Assembly (NCBI GenBank): GCA_002811645.1
Contig: PDIP01000026.1
Coordinates: 230,065 to 294,064 of the forward strand
Reading direction: 5' to 3'
Length of the DNA stretch: 64,000 nucleotides
DNA from: Corallochytrium limacisporum Hawaii
Taxonomy: Eukaryota > Protista > Pluriformea
In this document: positions 44,950 to 57,205 of the stretch, in pieces
How the letters are laid out: every line of letters starts with the position of its first letter
How positions within the stretch are numbered: position 1 is the first letter of the stretch
Translations under genes and position numbers: made by a program
Notes under the pieces: model-generated
Seen by the model: the letters and a program-made list of their open reading frames with translations, nothing else
Told to the model about the DNA's origin: nothing
Databases searched by the model: none

Positions 44950-46803
44950 ACTGTATGACCGCCACCGGCTACGCGAAGAGGGTGACAGTGTTTACTTGTC
45001 CCGCCGTATTAACGATAATGTTAGGTAGGTGTACCCGCACCGCACACTCAAAGGTTCCTGTGGTTGGCGAAACACTTCCGTGTCAGGATTAGGGGCTATG
45101 ACATACCTGATCACTACAAGCCAGCGGAAAATGGCTCAATTCACTGATCGGTTTCGTCACCTATAGAGTCCACTACCATATGGATTATGGACAGAGGCCA
45201 GTTCATTCTCTTCCAGATTGATGTGTATGCTTGGGCCGGAGGTATGGTTTGGAAATCTCTTGAACTGTCCAGTACGCCTGCGCTTGTGATCCGCATTGGC
45301 GGACCTTAATGGGAGCCGAAGGACAGTACGATGTGTTTCTTGGCGGACGAGGAAAGGGGAAAGCTCAGGAAACACTACTGCCCAAGTAAGCCAGCTACAA
45401 ATTATTCAATGCTTACGCAGTTCGGTGAGATGGAAAACAGGCACATCACCGACTTTGGTTTCCACAGGTTGCAAACTTTTTGCTTTCCGAAATGTGTTAA
45501 GGGGTACCCTACTCTTCTTCTTTTTCCGATCGGAGCGGAGCAAGGTTTCTCTGGCAAATAATAAGAGTAGATATGTTCTCTACTTGTCGAAGGTCTGCTG
45601 TGTTGCCAGTGTCCGTCCTAGCATATGCATGATGCATGCAAATGTCGGCCAGCCAGAGGTTTCAGGGAGATACACTCCGTGATCTTCCACAAAGACTTTA
45701 CTTCTTGCGTGTCGGGTAGTGCACATACCAGGCACCCCAAAATGTCACTGCTGTACCGAGACAATATTTTGTGGCGCTCTTCACACTCACCGCCACTACA
45801 TATAGCGGATCAATCGCTAAGACTCGTGAACCGTGTCCCATGGATTAAAAATTAGTGGACCAGTTGGACGAATTGTGAGGAAATTTTTCTATTAAGCAAC
45901 AAGGCGTGTTCACAATACAAAGTATCTATCTACCGGCTTAAATAAGCGGAGGGAAACCACCCAGCAAGTCTAAATTTGCCCGACATGCAGTCTCTGTTGA
46001 CAACCGACCAGTGGAGGAGAAAAGTTGCCCTATGTTTTGTTCCTGTCGGAGATCTTGAAAAATGTCCTTTGCGCACGGAGGTCCTCACATAGAACTTTTC
46101 TTAGGTTTTAGGGAGTGGAGCCCATGGGGGAAATTGAACAAAACTCAGGAAAGAATCGCGCAATCGAATATTCTGTTCGGTAGGGTTGAGCACGGTCCCC
46201 CCCCCCCCGGGAAGGGGGAACAGTGCTCCGCTGGGATTGTTGTTTGTATTGCCCAGCGGTACAGCTTCGGCATGGGGCATTCGAATCATGGTGAGTATGG
46301 ATAGCTAAGGCCCTAGGCATAAGTACGACAATGTCTTGGGGATCCGATCATACTTATCTACCTAGGAAAGGAAATTGATCACAGTCAACTTGGACAGGTG
46401 TCCGGCAAGCACAACCAGGCTATGTGGGGTGCAGTATCCTAGTTGTATCCTAAGGCCAAATCTCCACTTCAACAGATTGGGTCCCCATCTAGTCTCTCTA
46501 ACCTATGGGCCCCCGTGCGGTGATTCATTCGACGCCTTTGTTTGGCTGGGTACCAGATATCATTGTTTTCGGCCCCGGCCCACCCCCCCCCCAAGGTGGC
46601 GGGTGTTTTTGTAGTGGTCTCAGCGGTAGCAGCAGTTCTGGCCGGAACGGGACTCCTAGCCCGCGTAAAGACGATGTGGAAGAATAGGAGTCCCATCTTT
46701 GTGCCAGTCCAAAGGGATCAAGTAGAGGCGTTGTAGCCCTGCCATTGTTCAGATCTTACCTACTGTAACAGATTTAATTGTATACGTATTGGTGCCCAGG
46801 TTT

Positions 46804-49800
46804 TCACTCCGTGTAGCTATCATCCTTCGCCAGCGCGGCTGTATCTCGAGGGGTCTCGCCATCGTCTACATCTGAACCAGCCCCGACAACAGAACTTTGA
46901 CTGGATGATGTGGTACGCCGACTTTCCTGATCCACACAGTTCAATACTCCATCGTGGGATCCTGTATACTTCAACGCCCCGTCCTTTGATGCCTTTCCAC
47001 CAGACTTGCGGAGGATGGGATCGGACGCCAAACCCGGTACTTTTGAGAGCCAGGCCGGAACATGCGGATCCTCACCACCAGTGTATATTCCCATGTCGCT
47101 GTACTCATAGCCCTGAGCAGCTCGACTGAGAGGGCTGGGCACGGATTCGCCCTTCAGGTAGCCCTCTTCGCTCGGTGAATATCTGGCCTTGCGCATGCAC
47201 CTCGGATCTGGGTCATCCACAATTCCCAGAGAGCGTCGCAGGATGGTGCGCGCCCGGTGGACAATTTCAGCTTCCTTGCCGCGGTGTCGCTCCCAGAAGC
47301 GTTCAATACTGTCTAGAACAATCACCATAACGATGAGAATGGTACTGGCAATAGCACTCAATTGACTGACTAAGGCAGTCAAGGTTGTCTTGCGGGTAAC
47401 CGTGGTTTTAAACTCCAAGTTATTCTGCAGCAGTACAAACTCTACCGTCGGTGCCTTATACTGACTCACATCGGTGATGGTGTCGGCCCGCGCTGTCACC
47501 GCCGCGGTATCGAGAGTGAAGCCAGCTTCAACCTTATAGCCAGACTCGGCTGTGATGCCACCAAAATATTTGCCGTAGGACACAAATCGAGACCGATGGA
47601 ACTGGGATTGAATGCTCAAGTTCAAATTGTCCGCACGGTCTACAGTGAACACGAAGTCCTCCGGGGGGTTAATGGCCGCTGAGTATGATGTGGGCTCTGA
47701 CGCAACTGGAGAGTTGGCCAAGAAAGTCACCCGGCTGGCTGACAAAAGACTGCACGCACGCAGCTCCAAGTCAAAGCCAGCTCTATCAGTTGCCCAAGTA
47801 CCAGTGATCTGTACGGATCCCAGCAGGTTACCAGCACCATCATAGTAGCAACCGTCCTCCCAATCCGCGTCCGCAGGAGCGTTCGTAGGACGGATAAACT
47901 GAACGTTGCCATCGGCGTTACCACCCAGAACACAGTCTATGGTTGAAGTATCAGCACTTGACGGTGTGACATAGAAGGCAAAGGTAACTACCGCCGTCAG
48001 GGGTGCCCAGTTGTCCAGTGACAAACCCTCAAAATCTACTGATCCAGGATCGTCAGCCGTTGCAGCCACAAACGTACGCGTAATTACCACGTTCTCAAAG
48101 AAGTAGGCACCAAGCAAATTCAGCCATGCACCGGCAACAAGGAAGACGGCAAGTATGGAAAAGCAAGCACGAATAGAGGTCTTAACCAAGGTCTGGAGGA
48201 ACAGTTTACCTGTCTCATCGAACTCAATGGTGTGCTCAATGCGACGAGGTTTCAGAATGTGCACCAGTACCAGCTTCTCAGCAGTCCAACTGGGTAAAAC
48301 CTTCAGCAAGATGACAACAACCAAGGTCACAAACGCGGCTGCGATGCCCACGGCCATATACGCATGGTCCATGAATTTAGCTGCCTCACCAGGACGATTG
48401 GTCTCCGTGCTAAAGTCTGTCTCCGTGCTGGCCGAGTAGTAGCCGTAGTCAGAATGTTCATCAGCTGACGTGTCCTGCGGAGCCGTAGCACGACGCTTCC
48501 GATCTGATTCGAGAGTTTCATCTTCATCCGTGCCACCAGCACTGGGAAGACGCAAGGGTGCGGGAGCACCATAGGGACAGTCAAATCCATCCGGACAATC
48601 TTCACACTCCGTTGCACCAGTCTGCGGATCAGAAACCTGGTACTGGCCACGGGGGCAAGGCTTGCAGCGACTGCCACCAACTGCGACCGTTCCACCAGGA
48701 CAAGTCAGGCAGGTGCCCATGACATTGTAGGAAGGAGAAATCGCCCCCGGAGGACACGACTGACAGGTTGCAAATTTGGTGTTATAGTAGTCACCTGGTC
48801 GACATCCTGCACTGATACTTACCATGATGCTCTCGGTAGTCTTTCGTGCGGATATAGAGTCACGGTCACGGTTTTCTGGAGACACCATGTAAGGGGCAGT
48901 GATGTACATGACGTTATTTAACGTCGAAATGGCACTGCGCAGTCGGTGTCCAGCAAGGGTGCGGTAATCCAAATGAATACCATAAGCTTGATTGGCAATG
49001 GTTTCGATTTCAGTTGGTAACAGATCACTCTCGATACTGGGCAACAGGCTCTTGGATCCCACTGGGATACTGAGGCTGTTAAGCAGACTGCTCACACTTA
49101 GACCTTCTGTAAGGTCTGCGGCTTGGATCTCCTGACTAAAGTCCTTAAGGTTGAAAACCTTGATCGCATGATCACTCAGAGAAATGCCCAACTCTTTGTA
49201 GCTGGCAGCAATAGGATTCTTTGTAAACCGCGGCATTGTCGCACAATCTGGGCACATGCGTAGAGTGGAGCTTGTTAGACGATCTAGCACTGCTTCGTCA
49301 CTGGGATCCTCCTCATTCCACAGGCCGCATTGAAGGCCTACGCCGCCAAGCATACATGCGCCACTGGGAAGAGCTGTTGCGGCTGTAAAGGTGGACGAGA
49401 TTGTTTGGTCTGGGGAAAGTTTGAATCCCTTGTCAATGTCTTCGTCGTCGAGTGCTTTCAACACAGAAACGCCAGCCACACCTTGAAAGGCATAGTGAAT
49501 TTTGTTATCTGCGCGTGAGAGGTAGGCGCCCTGGTGAACAAGATGCATTGGATACAGACGGAAATCAACAAATTTGTACCATTCCGTGTTCATTTCTTCC
49601 AGCTCATTGCGGGCCTCCGAGACATATCCATCAAAAAGAGTTGATTCTACATCTTCCTTTTTCTCCATGTTTGGTGATGGGTCATAGTAGGCAATCTGAC
49701 CACATGCCTGGACCATCACACGCTCAGGGTCGCCGTCTGCACGGGTAATGACCGATGGGCCAGTTGCAATACGGCAGTCATGTGGGCTTAGATCTGCAGG

Positions 49801-52272
49801 GTCTGCCGCTTGCGCCAAGTCTTGTGAGAAGAAGAAGACATAAGACACGCCAACAAATTCGACTCGAATCAGACGGGGTGCATACCTGCGCTGCACCATG
49901 GTAACAAAGCACACGCGCTGGCTAGAACAGGAGAAATCCGACACATCGGTCTCGGACCATAGAACCTTAGTGTTTAACGGTACTACTTGCATGGAGCGCA
50001 GATCGTAGCGCTTGACAGTGACATCTGTGTAGTGATTTGTGGTAAAGGAGGTGGTCAAGAGCATGGAACCACCAGGAACCAATGCAAACACACGTCCATC
50101 ATCAAGCATTCGCGGTTGGGGCGGTGGCCATTTCGGAGCAAACCGCCTGTAGGCCTCGAGCTCAAAGGAATCCGCAAAGTCATCGAATTCAATGCTGATC
50201 ATTGCGACAGCTTCAGATCCCATGAATGCAAACTCCAAAGTGTAGCCAACTGGAATAGTGTACACTCGATCCTTGCCGGTCAAGGCACGCTGCTCTGCGA
50301 AGTGAATGACGCCATAAACCATGCTTCGTCCATCTGGTAAAACTAGAGGTGCACCTGACATTTTGAAAACAGTTGTAGTTTTGGAACTCACGCCGTGACC
50401 ACTGATGGGGGTATTCAAGGTCTGCCGATCCCATTTGTAGTTGCTGCCTTCTGTGAACATGCCAAGATTTCGAGGCAACACTTCACCATTGAGGCGAGGC
50501 CCAGGCAATGGAGACGGACAGAAGTTATTTGGGCGGTTGCAGAAGGTAGGTTCCTCAGGGCATTTGCCCAAGTCGCAGAAAATCGATTCGGTCAACTCTT
50601 CCGCTGGTGGGCATGGAATACCGTCACCTACGGCAGGCTTCAGAACCTGCCGAGACCTGACACTCGTTCCCGTGCCACACAGAGGCTCCACCCCAGTGTT
50701 ACACTGGCGCTTTGTGTCTTCGGTGAGCACTGGAACCCATTCACTGAGAACGCAATTGCGACGTGACGGGCTCTCCCCCACTTCGCAATCGCCGAGATCC
50801 CACTTACATTCTTCAACTGCACATTCTGGATCACAGACAGAGTCTCCCAGCCAGTTAATCTTACAGTCCGACGGGCAGTCGTCGACACCAAGGTCGAAGC
50901 CCAACGCAGTTGTTAAATCCGTATAGTTTGCGGATGTGCTGTTAGATACTACTCCACAGTCAAAGTTATCAAAGAGACAGAGAGCATTATTGCATTCGTC
51001 TTGGCAGATACCGTCACCAATCCACTTGAAGTTGCATCCTGAAGCACATTCAACTCCGCTCTCTGCATAGATGTCTTCAAAGGGATCTTCGTCACACATG
51101 CCATTGTCCCAGCCACACTCTTCAACGTTGCAAGCCTCCTGGCATACGAAATCCTTGTTCATACCAATGCTAACATCATCGCAGCGAGGCGCGCACCATT
51201 TAATCTCCACAGTCACGCAATCGTCTCCGTCAAATCCACATTCTTCATTGTTACACCAGTCGTCACAGACAGTATTGTTTCGCATGTCTACCTTGCATTG
51301 ACCGTTGGTTATCTCCTCGCATTCATCTGCCCACGCGACAGCTGTAGAACAATCATCACCATCAAAGGCACAATTCTCCTCTTCTGCACACACACTGTCA
51401 CAGACACCGTTGTTGACCATTTCACTCTTGCACTGACGGTTTTCATCGCAGTAGGACACGTACTCATCGGGAATTGGGCAATCTCCACCGTCGAATTGAC
51501 ATGGCGGGATGTTGCATTCCGGATTACATTGGCCATTTGCATAGACCACCAAGCAAGCAGCCGCGCAACCATCCACATCACAGTCACCATGGTCGTATTC
51601 ACACTCAGGAACCATGCAGGCACCGTCACAAGTGCCGTCTCCCTCATTAGCGGGCAAGCAGCCAGGTGCACACTGAGGTACCACACAGTCATCACCGTCA
51701 TAGTTGCATGCATTGTTATTGCATTCTTGGTCGCAAACGCCGTCCCCCACACTGCTCCAGTGGCAATTTTTGTCGCCACAGATGCAATCGTTGCCATCAA
51801 AGTTGCACGCATCGATATCGCATTCCTCGTCGCAGACGCCATTCCCCACACTTTTCCAGTTGCAATTTCTATCGCCACAAAGACAATCGTTGCCATCAAA
51901 GTTACACTCAGAATTGTCACATTCCGGGTCGCAGATGCCATCTCCAATACTGCCCGTGTTGCAACCTTGATCACCACACTCGCAATCACCGTTATCATAG
52001 TGGCAGGCACTATTGTTACATTCAGGGTCACAGGTACCGTCCCCCAACATTTTCACATTGCAGTCAGCAGAACAGTTACAATCACCATAATCATAATTAC
52101 ACCTTGAGACATTGCAAGCATCGTTACAGACTCCATTACCCAACCTGCTGTAATGACACCCAGAGGCACAGTAACAGTCGTCATCGTCTCTTCTGCGATC
52201 ATCATCACAGTCGGCAATGACCGTTGGTACAGTCAAGCACACCAACAGTACCAGGATGGGTATTACCCGCAT
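46804..52272 (-). CDS. LNR-array receptor, paralog B: signal peptide, 12 LNR repeats, TSP1, GCC2/GCC3 repeats, RKRR site, 3 TM
   Basis: Collinear with paralog A from VVPQCAPG to the C-terminus; 12 LNR units (50785-52170). ATG at 52272 begins signal peptide MRVIPILVLLVCLTVPTVIA. Confidence 0.88.
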   Translation of the reverse strand: MRVIPILVLLVCLTVPTVIADCDDDRRRDDDDCYCASGCHYSRLGNGVCNDACNVSRCNYDYGDCNCSADCNVKMLGDGTCDPECNNSACHYDNGDCECGDQGCNTGSIGDGICDPECDNSECNFDGNDCLCGDRNCNWKSVGNGVCDEECDIDACNFDGNDCICGDKNCHWSSVGDGVCDQECNNNACNYDGDDCVVPQCAPGCLPANEGDGTCDGACMVPECEYDHGDCDVDGCAAACLVVYANGQCNPECNIPPCQFDGGDCPIPDEYVSYCDENRQCKSEMVNNGVCDSVCAEEENCAFDGDDCSTAVAWADECEEITNGQCKVDMRNNTVCDDWCNNEECGFDGDDCVTVEIKWCAPRCDDVSIGMNKDFVCQEACNVEECGWDNGMCDEDPFEDIYAESGVECASGCNFKWIGDGICQDECNNALCLFDNFDCGVVSNSTSANYTDLTTALGFDLGVDDCPSDCKINWLGDSVCDPECAVEECKWDLGDCEVGESPSRRNCVLSEWVPVLTEDTKRQCNTGVEPLCGTGTSVRSRQVLKPAVGDGIPCPPAEELTESIFCDLGKCPEEPTFCNRPNNFCPSPLPGPRLNGEVLPRNLGMFTEGSNYKWDRQTLNTPISGHGVSSKTTTVFKMSGAPLVLPDGRSMVYGVIHFAEQRALTGKDRVYTIPVGYTLEFAFMGSEAVAMISIEFDDFADSFELEAYRRFAPKWPPPQPRMLDDGRVFALVPGGSMLLTTSFTTNHYTDVTVKRYDLRSMQVVPLNTKVLWSETDVSDFSCSSQRVCFVTMVQRRYAPRLIRVEFVGVSYVFFFSQDLAQAADPADLSPHDCRIATGPSVITRADGDPERVMVQACGQIAYYDPSPNMEKKEDVESTLFDGYVSEARNELEEMNTEWYKFVDFRLYPMHLVHQGAYLSRADNKIHYAFQGVAGVSVLKALDDEDIDKGFKLSPDQTISSTFTAATALPSGACMLGGVGLQCGLWNEEDPSDEAVLDRLTSSTLRMCPDCATMPRFTKNPIAASYKELGISLSDHAIKVFNLKDFSQEIQAADLTEGLSVSSLLNSLSIPVGSKSLLPSIESDLLPTEIETIANQAYGIHLDYRTLAGHRLRSAISTLNNVMYITAPYMVSPENRDRDSISARKTTESIMVSISAGCRPGDYYNTKFATCQSCPPGAISPSYNVMGTCLTCPGGTVAVGGSRCKPCPRGQYQVSDPQTGATECEDCPDGFDCPYGAPAPLRLPSAGGTDEDETLESDRKRRATAPQDTSADEHSDYGYYSASTETDFSTETNRPGEAAKFMDHAYMAVGIAAAFVTLVVVILLKVLPSWTAEKLVLVHILKPRRIEHTIEFDETGKLFLQTLVKTSIRACFSILAVFLVAGAWLNLLGAYFFENVVITRTFVAATADDPGSVDFEGLSLDNWAPLTAVVTFAFYVTPSSADTSTIDCVLGGNADGNVQFIRPTNAPADADWEDGCYYDGAGNLLGSVQITGTWATDRAGFDLELRACSLLSASRVTFLANSPVASEPTSYSAAINPPEDFVFTVDRADNLNLSIQSQFHRSRFVSYGKYFGGITAESGYKVEAGFTLDTAAVTARADTITDVSQYKAPTVEFVLLQNNLEFKTTVTRKTTLTALVSQLSAIASTILIVMVIVLDSIERFWERHRGKEAEIVHRARTILRRSLGIVDDPDPRCMRKARYSPSEEGYLKGESVPSPLSRAAQGYEYSDMGIYTGGEDPHVPAWLSKVPGLASDPILRKSGGKASKDGALKYTGSHDGVLNCVDQESRRTTSSSQSSVVGAGSDVDDGETPRDTAALAKDDSYTE

Positions 52273-54911
52273 AGTGCTGCAAGACACAATTTCGACACGA
52301 GACAGCACTGATCCACGAGTATGGGTTTGTTTTTGTATAGTCCGCCCCAAAGATATGTAGATCTACGAACTGGACTGAAACCTGTTGACTGTATCGTTGG
52401 ATTCCATGAAGTACCTGATTTCAGTAAGACGAGTAAAGGTCGCTAGAGATTGTGCAGAGGATGTAAAGACTTACACACCGGGTGTCTGCTGAAGTTTATT
52501 CACGTTCATGTTTGGACAGGTAGGGGTAAGGGCATTCATGGCATGCATGAAGCCATGACAGTGGAAGTGACCGATAGCGACTCAACACAAGCTTTCTGCC
52601 AGGGTGACCCCATGGTGTAAGGGATTCTTGAACTGCACCTTCTCTGTAGACGCACAGTCCTCCGGACCGAAAGTGTCTTTGTCCGACTGTACAGTGAAGC
52701 ACACAAAGAAGGCACAGTACACGCTGGGCGTGGGTCTCCAACTTTGTCATAAGGGGTTCCTGCCGCTAAGAGACGATGCGGTGGACAGTTTAGATGATCA
52801 GCATTCAGCACTAAGTCATGGACAGCAAGGGACACCGTGTAAAAGGCGGCAAAGGTGGGTGAGGGAAAGGGTACGGAGTCAGATCGGGACTACAAAATCA
52901 CCAGGCTCGGCTCCCCCTTGGGTTAAGCAGGCGAACAGGGTGAAAAGGACACATCACTCTCTCTTTGGCCCGCAGAGTGCAATTTTTTTTCTGGGGGGTG
53001 CCACAGCAACGCCAGGTAGATGAAAAGAAACAAAATGGAAATTGGAGTTCAAAGTGGGAAGCTCGAATTTTTTTAAGGGAACAACGGTACATATTTCGGT
53101 CTTTAGCAGGATAGTTTAATAATCACTGCTCATTCACTCAGAGGCCAACAGGTGCGCAAATGTCGGCTTCGGGATTTCAAACTCCGGAGTGAAAGCTCAC
53201 ACCGAGCCAAGTGATCAATGTGAGGTCTGTGGGCTTATGAGATGACGGACAGGAATTGATGATACATTCACAAATTTTTCTATAAGAAGGGGTAGGGACT
53301 TGCTCGGCGACTTTGCTGTTCACAATGCCTGGGTGCGATCCTAACGCCAACGCCCGTGGTATCTCCTGCCCAACCCTAAGTGAAACTAATGCCATGGGTG
53401 TTCCTCTCATATCGCTTAAAGCTTCCGAGGGGCGGCGACTGATGCTGCAGGGGGCGCCAGAGACACAGGTAACACGGGATGGTTAGCACAAGGGCTTCTC
53501 TGCCCTCAAAGATCATCCATCGTTTTGTTCTCTATGGGCCCCACAACGCCATCGGAATTTTCACTAAGGCGACCCGCTTGAGAGCTGCAGAAATTTTATT
53601 GACGATGCAGGCAGAAAGAAGCAGTGCCTAAGCGGGTGTGCCTGGTCAGCAGAGTCGAAAGAACGATATGAGCGATGTACCACTACAAGAGTGCGAACAG
53701 ATACTTCCTCACAGATTGCCCCAAGTCATTCCCGTAGTGGCACCGCAATCCCAATGGAATTGGAAATACTGAATCCACGTCCCACATGCTTTCGGTGAAA
53801 GATGCTATAACCAGTACATGGGCTACCCGCGATTCTGTGATGGGTACATTCCAAATATCAAGTCGTTCCAAACCGCAACATAGAAAAATTCCTTTTCAAT
53901 TCTGCAATTAATGGCGTTCCGACTGGTGTACTAGGGCTCCTTAAGACACAGAACCGGACGTACCAACTGGCAATGCCTTTTTTTGTTCACACCCGTGCCA
54001 GCCATGTCCCCATCTTTAAACTTTATGCAGTTGAAATAGGTGGAACGTGAGGGAGGCAGGCAGCGAGGGGGAAATTGCTAATTCTTATGTTGATTTTTGT
54101 TGTAGCGCAAGTGTGGAAGATCTGTAGCACTTGTACGCCTAGCACCCAGGTGGCTTAACGATTTCTGCGAAGGTGGTTAGAGACCAGTTTGGAATATAAC
54201 CATCAAAACCTCTCGATTTCACAGAGCTCCCCATCAGCCAGTCAAATCTTAACCCCACAGCTCGGATCTGTCCAACTGCCTCGGCAATGATGACTGGGAA
54301 ATGGGCCTGAGTTCCATAGACACCATGTCTATCGTCGGAGGGATGATGGACCTCCGATACATCAAAGGTTAGCGGTCGGCTAACACTGTTGCGCAAGGCG
54401 CGGGAAGATTGAAACTGAGTGCATCATTTTCTACACGCCTATTCAACATCTCTCCGATTTCGCCATCTACGCCGGAGGACGTATCGTACCTGACGGGCTT
54501 GGAGACACAATCCTTCAGCAATGGCGCAAGGGATCAGCTCTACAGTTATATTTCAATACTATGATTTGCATTCCGAACCGACTCTTAGGTGAGCTGATGC
54601 TATGGTAAGCCACAGTGAGAAGAGCACACAAGCCAGCCGCTCGAGACTTCACTGCCTCTGCTCGAGACCAGTGTTTCGCTTCCGAAAGTGGGGTTTCAAG
54701 AAGGGCATAAATCTCAAGCATCTTAGCGATGTAGTGGGCAGAAATAACGGACCAACTATTGTAACCGGACGGAAGAGAAGTCAAATTTCCTAGACAATGC
54801 GCAGGTTGCCTAATGCGAATTCACCGTTGGATCCACGTGCGCGAAGAACACATGTGCAAATGGGACGAGACAGACAGCATCGAATCGTCTTCCCCAAGCG
54901 TCCAGATGTGG

Positions 54912-55127
54912 TCAACAACCCCCTGGACACCATTCACACTCTCCCCCAACGTTGCAGGTCAAGCCTGTACAGCAGTGCACGCTGTCTGAGCAATGACCCC
55001 ACATCTCACTGCATCCAAGGTTCTCGAGTTCGTGGACGGTGTCACCGACCTGTAGGCTGTTGGCGACATAAGGCATTGCCAGGGCACCTGCGGTAGTAAT
55101 GGCAAGGAGTACGGAGAAAATACGCAT
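54912..55127 (-). CDS. Secreted inhibitor-cystine-knot (knottin)-like prepropeptide, 71 aa
   Basis: Signal MRIFSVLLAITTAGALA, pro-region ending ELENLG, mature C-x6-C-x5-CC-x4-C-x5-C-x2-C-x3-C then stop. Confidence 0.75.
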   Translation of the reverse strand: MRIFSVLLAITTAGALAMPYVANSLQVGDTVHELENLGCSEMWGHCSDSVHCCTGLTCNVGGECEWCPGGC

Positions 55128-57205
55128 TGTTCCTGCCTTTACTGTACAATTGTTCACTGCGAAGATGTCATGGATGACAACTGCGCAGTTGTTCTATGGG
55201 CGAAGCGATGATTTTCTCTATCTGAAACAGTTGGCTCATGAGATGGGGCTGTTTGTGGACAAGATCCCTCAATAGATTGTTGACATTGTTGGTCAGGATG
55301 GCAGAGAAAGCGGCACGTAATCTTCATTACGGTACAGAAAAGTGCACATAATATCAACGCTAAGATCTGTGTACACTAGGTAGCGTTATTGCTGTTTAAA
55401 GAAAATCTCAAACAACTGATACCTTGATCCGGTCGCGATAGATTCAAGGATAGGTAAGTGCCCGCAGTCTGATTTACAGAGAAAGAAACGTGAAATGTCG
55501 GCAACAGAAAGTGGGCATGCAATAATTCCCCGCCGAATTTAGCGGGCAACAGATCATTCACTGAGTTGGTTTCTACAAAGATACTCAGAAACCAGGATCA
55601 GTTGCTGCCGCAATCACAGACTTTTGAGGCAATGACATGACGAGTACAGCCTATCAATAAGAGAATAGATCGGTGGAGGGATTGGTTACCACATATTATC
55701 CAAGGGGAGGGAATGACAGCGTTATCACATAATTCCCGATTTCGACATGCAAAGCGATCTGGTACATTTGTGTGAGATGTTGGTCACTAGCTCAGAATGA
55801 GGCATGTTAAAAAAGATCTGTTTTACTGTTTTCCGTAGAACATAGAGGTTTTCAGCTGAGGAATCGGGAAGACTCAACGGAAAGGCGTGGTCGATTTAAA
55901 CGGTAGTGTTTGGGACTCTCGATTTGTTGTCGATCAGAATTTCCGGGATTCCACCAAGGTGTGTCAGAAACGCGGATGATATGAGGCGAGCATTTCCTGT
56001 AATTCTTCCGGTGCAAAATATGGGTTTATAGAATGTTATTTCCTACTGAATCGATATGCGGAAAAAAGCAAACAACCACACCTCTTGCGGGTCAAAGAAA
56101 ACCTCCACCTGTTGCGGGTTGGCAACGGCTATTGAAAGCGTGTGTCCCGGGCGGAGAGTTTGGACCTGACAGGGTGACCAGGGAGAGGGGGAGACAGAAA
56201 GGGAGGGAGACCGTGACGGTGTTTGTCATGAACTGAAATATATCATCATCGTACCACGAGCCGAGGATATCCTCCTCTAAGGAAGGGATTTCGTATATCC
56301 AGTGTACTGCGTTTTATCGTCTAACAGAATCACTAATATCTTCGTATTCCGTGGGCGAAATAGGCCTACTGAGCACTTACAATTCATGCGACCTAAAGCA
56401 GTTTGACTGTCGTCCATCCACAGAGAATTCACTGACAGCAGTAGGTATACTTTCTATACGCTGCGCTGAGGGTAGACATATGTGCAAGTCAATATGTTTT
56501 TATTCCTTATCGCAGGGCATGTGTACCTGGAAGGTGACATCCATCCATCAAAGTATTCATTTTACTGCCGTTCATGTTCTATTTGCGATGCCGTTTTGTC
56601 TAACCAGCACAACTCTTTTAGAATTCACGTGTACTGAGGGTTGGACTTCCCGCCGGCATTTTTAGCACTGAGTGATACCATCAGAGCGTCATGAGGAAGG
56701 GGTCTCTTCACGGGCGGGACCTAAATACCCATTTCGAAGAATACCATAACCACCGAAATCGTCTTGAATATGCTTAACGGGGGAGACTTGGCCATCACAC
56801 GTACAGGACGACCGTAAACATGCAGAAGAAACATAGAGCCGTTGATATAGCAGAAGACCACATGAAAACGAAACTTTGCGAAACTTTGCCCATTTACCTT
56901 GGTTGACATCCTTTTAGGATGATGAATTATCAGACTGTGATGCTCCGCAGACTACACAGTGACTCTAGATTATGGAGGACCCACACTGTAGAATTGATGC
57001 GACAAACTGACGGTGAGGGTGGGAAATGTGGCTGACACACCAATATTGTGGTCAGAATTGATGAACCAATATGAGACTGCGGCAACTGCAGAAAGATCAG
57101 AATAGGTATTTAAGCATCAGATCAGGAGGTACAAATGATTTAAAGATCAGAACTTTAAACTCAATGTCTGTTTGATATCCAGCATTACCTTCGTAATAAG
57201 AGAAA

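Noticed and set aside
42995-52220. Numerous antisense and alternate-frame ORFs over the LNR genes
   Set aside because: Shadows of repetitive Cys/Asp codon usage in the real CDS.
39151-52272. Notch orthologues
   Set aside because: No EGF array, NOD/NODP, RAM or ankyrin repeats. The LNRs are distal rather than juxtamembrane, and there are three TMs.
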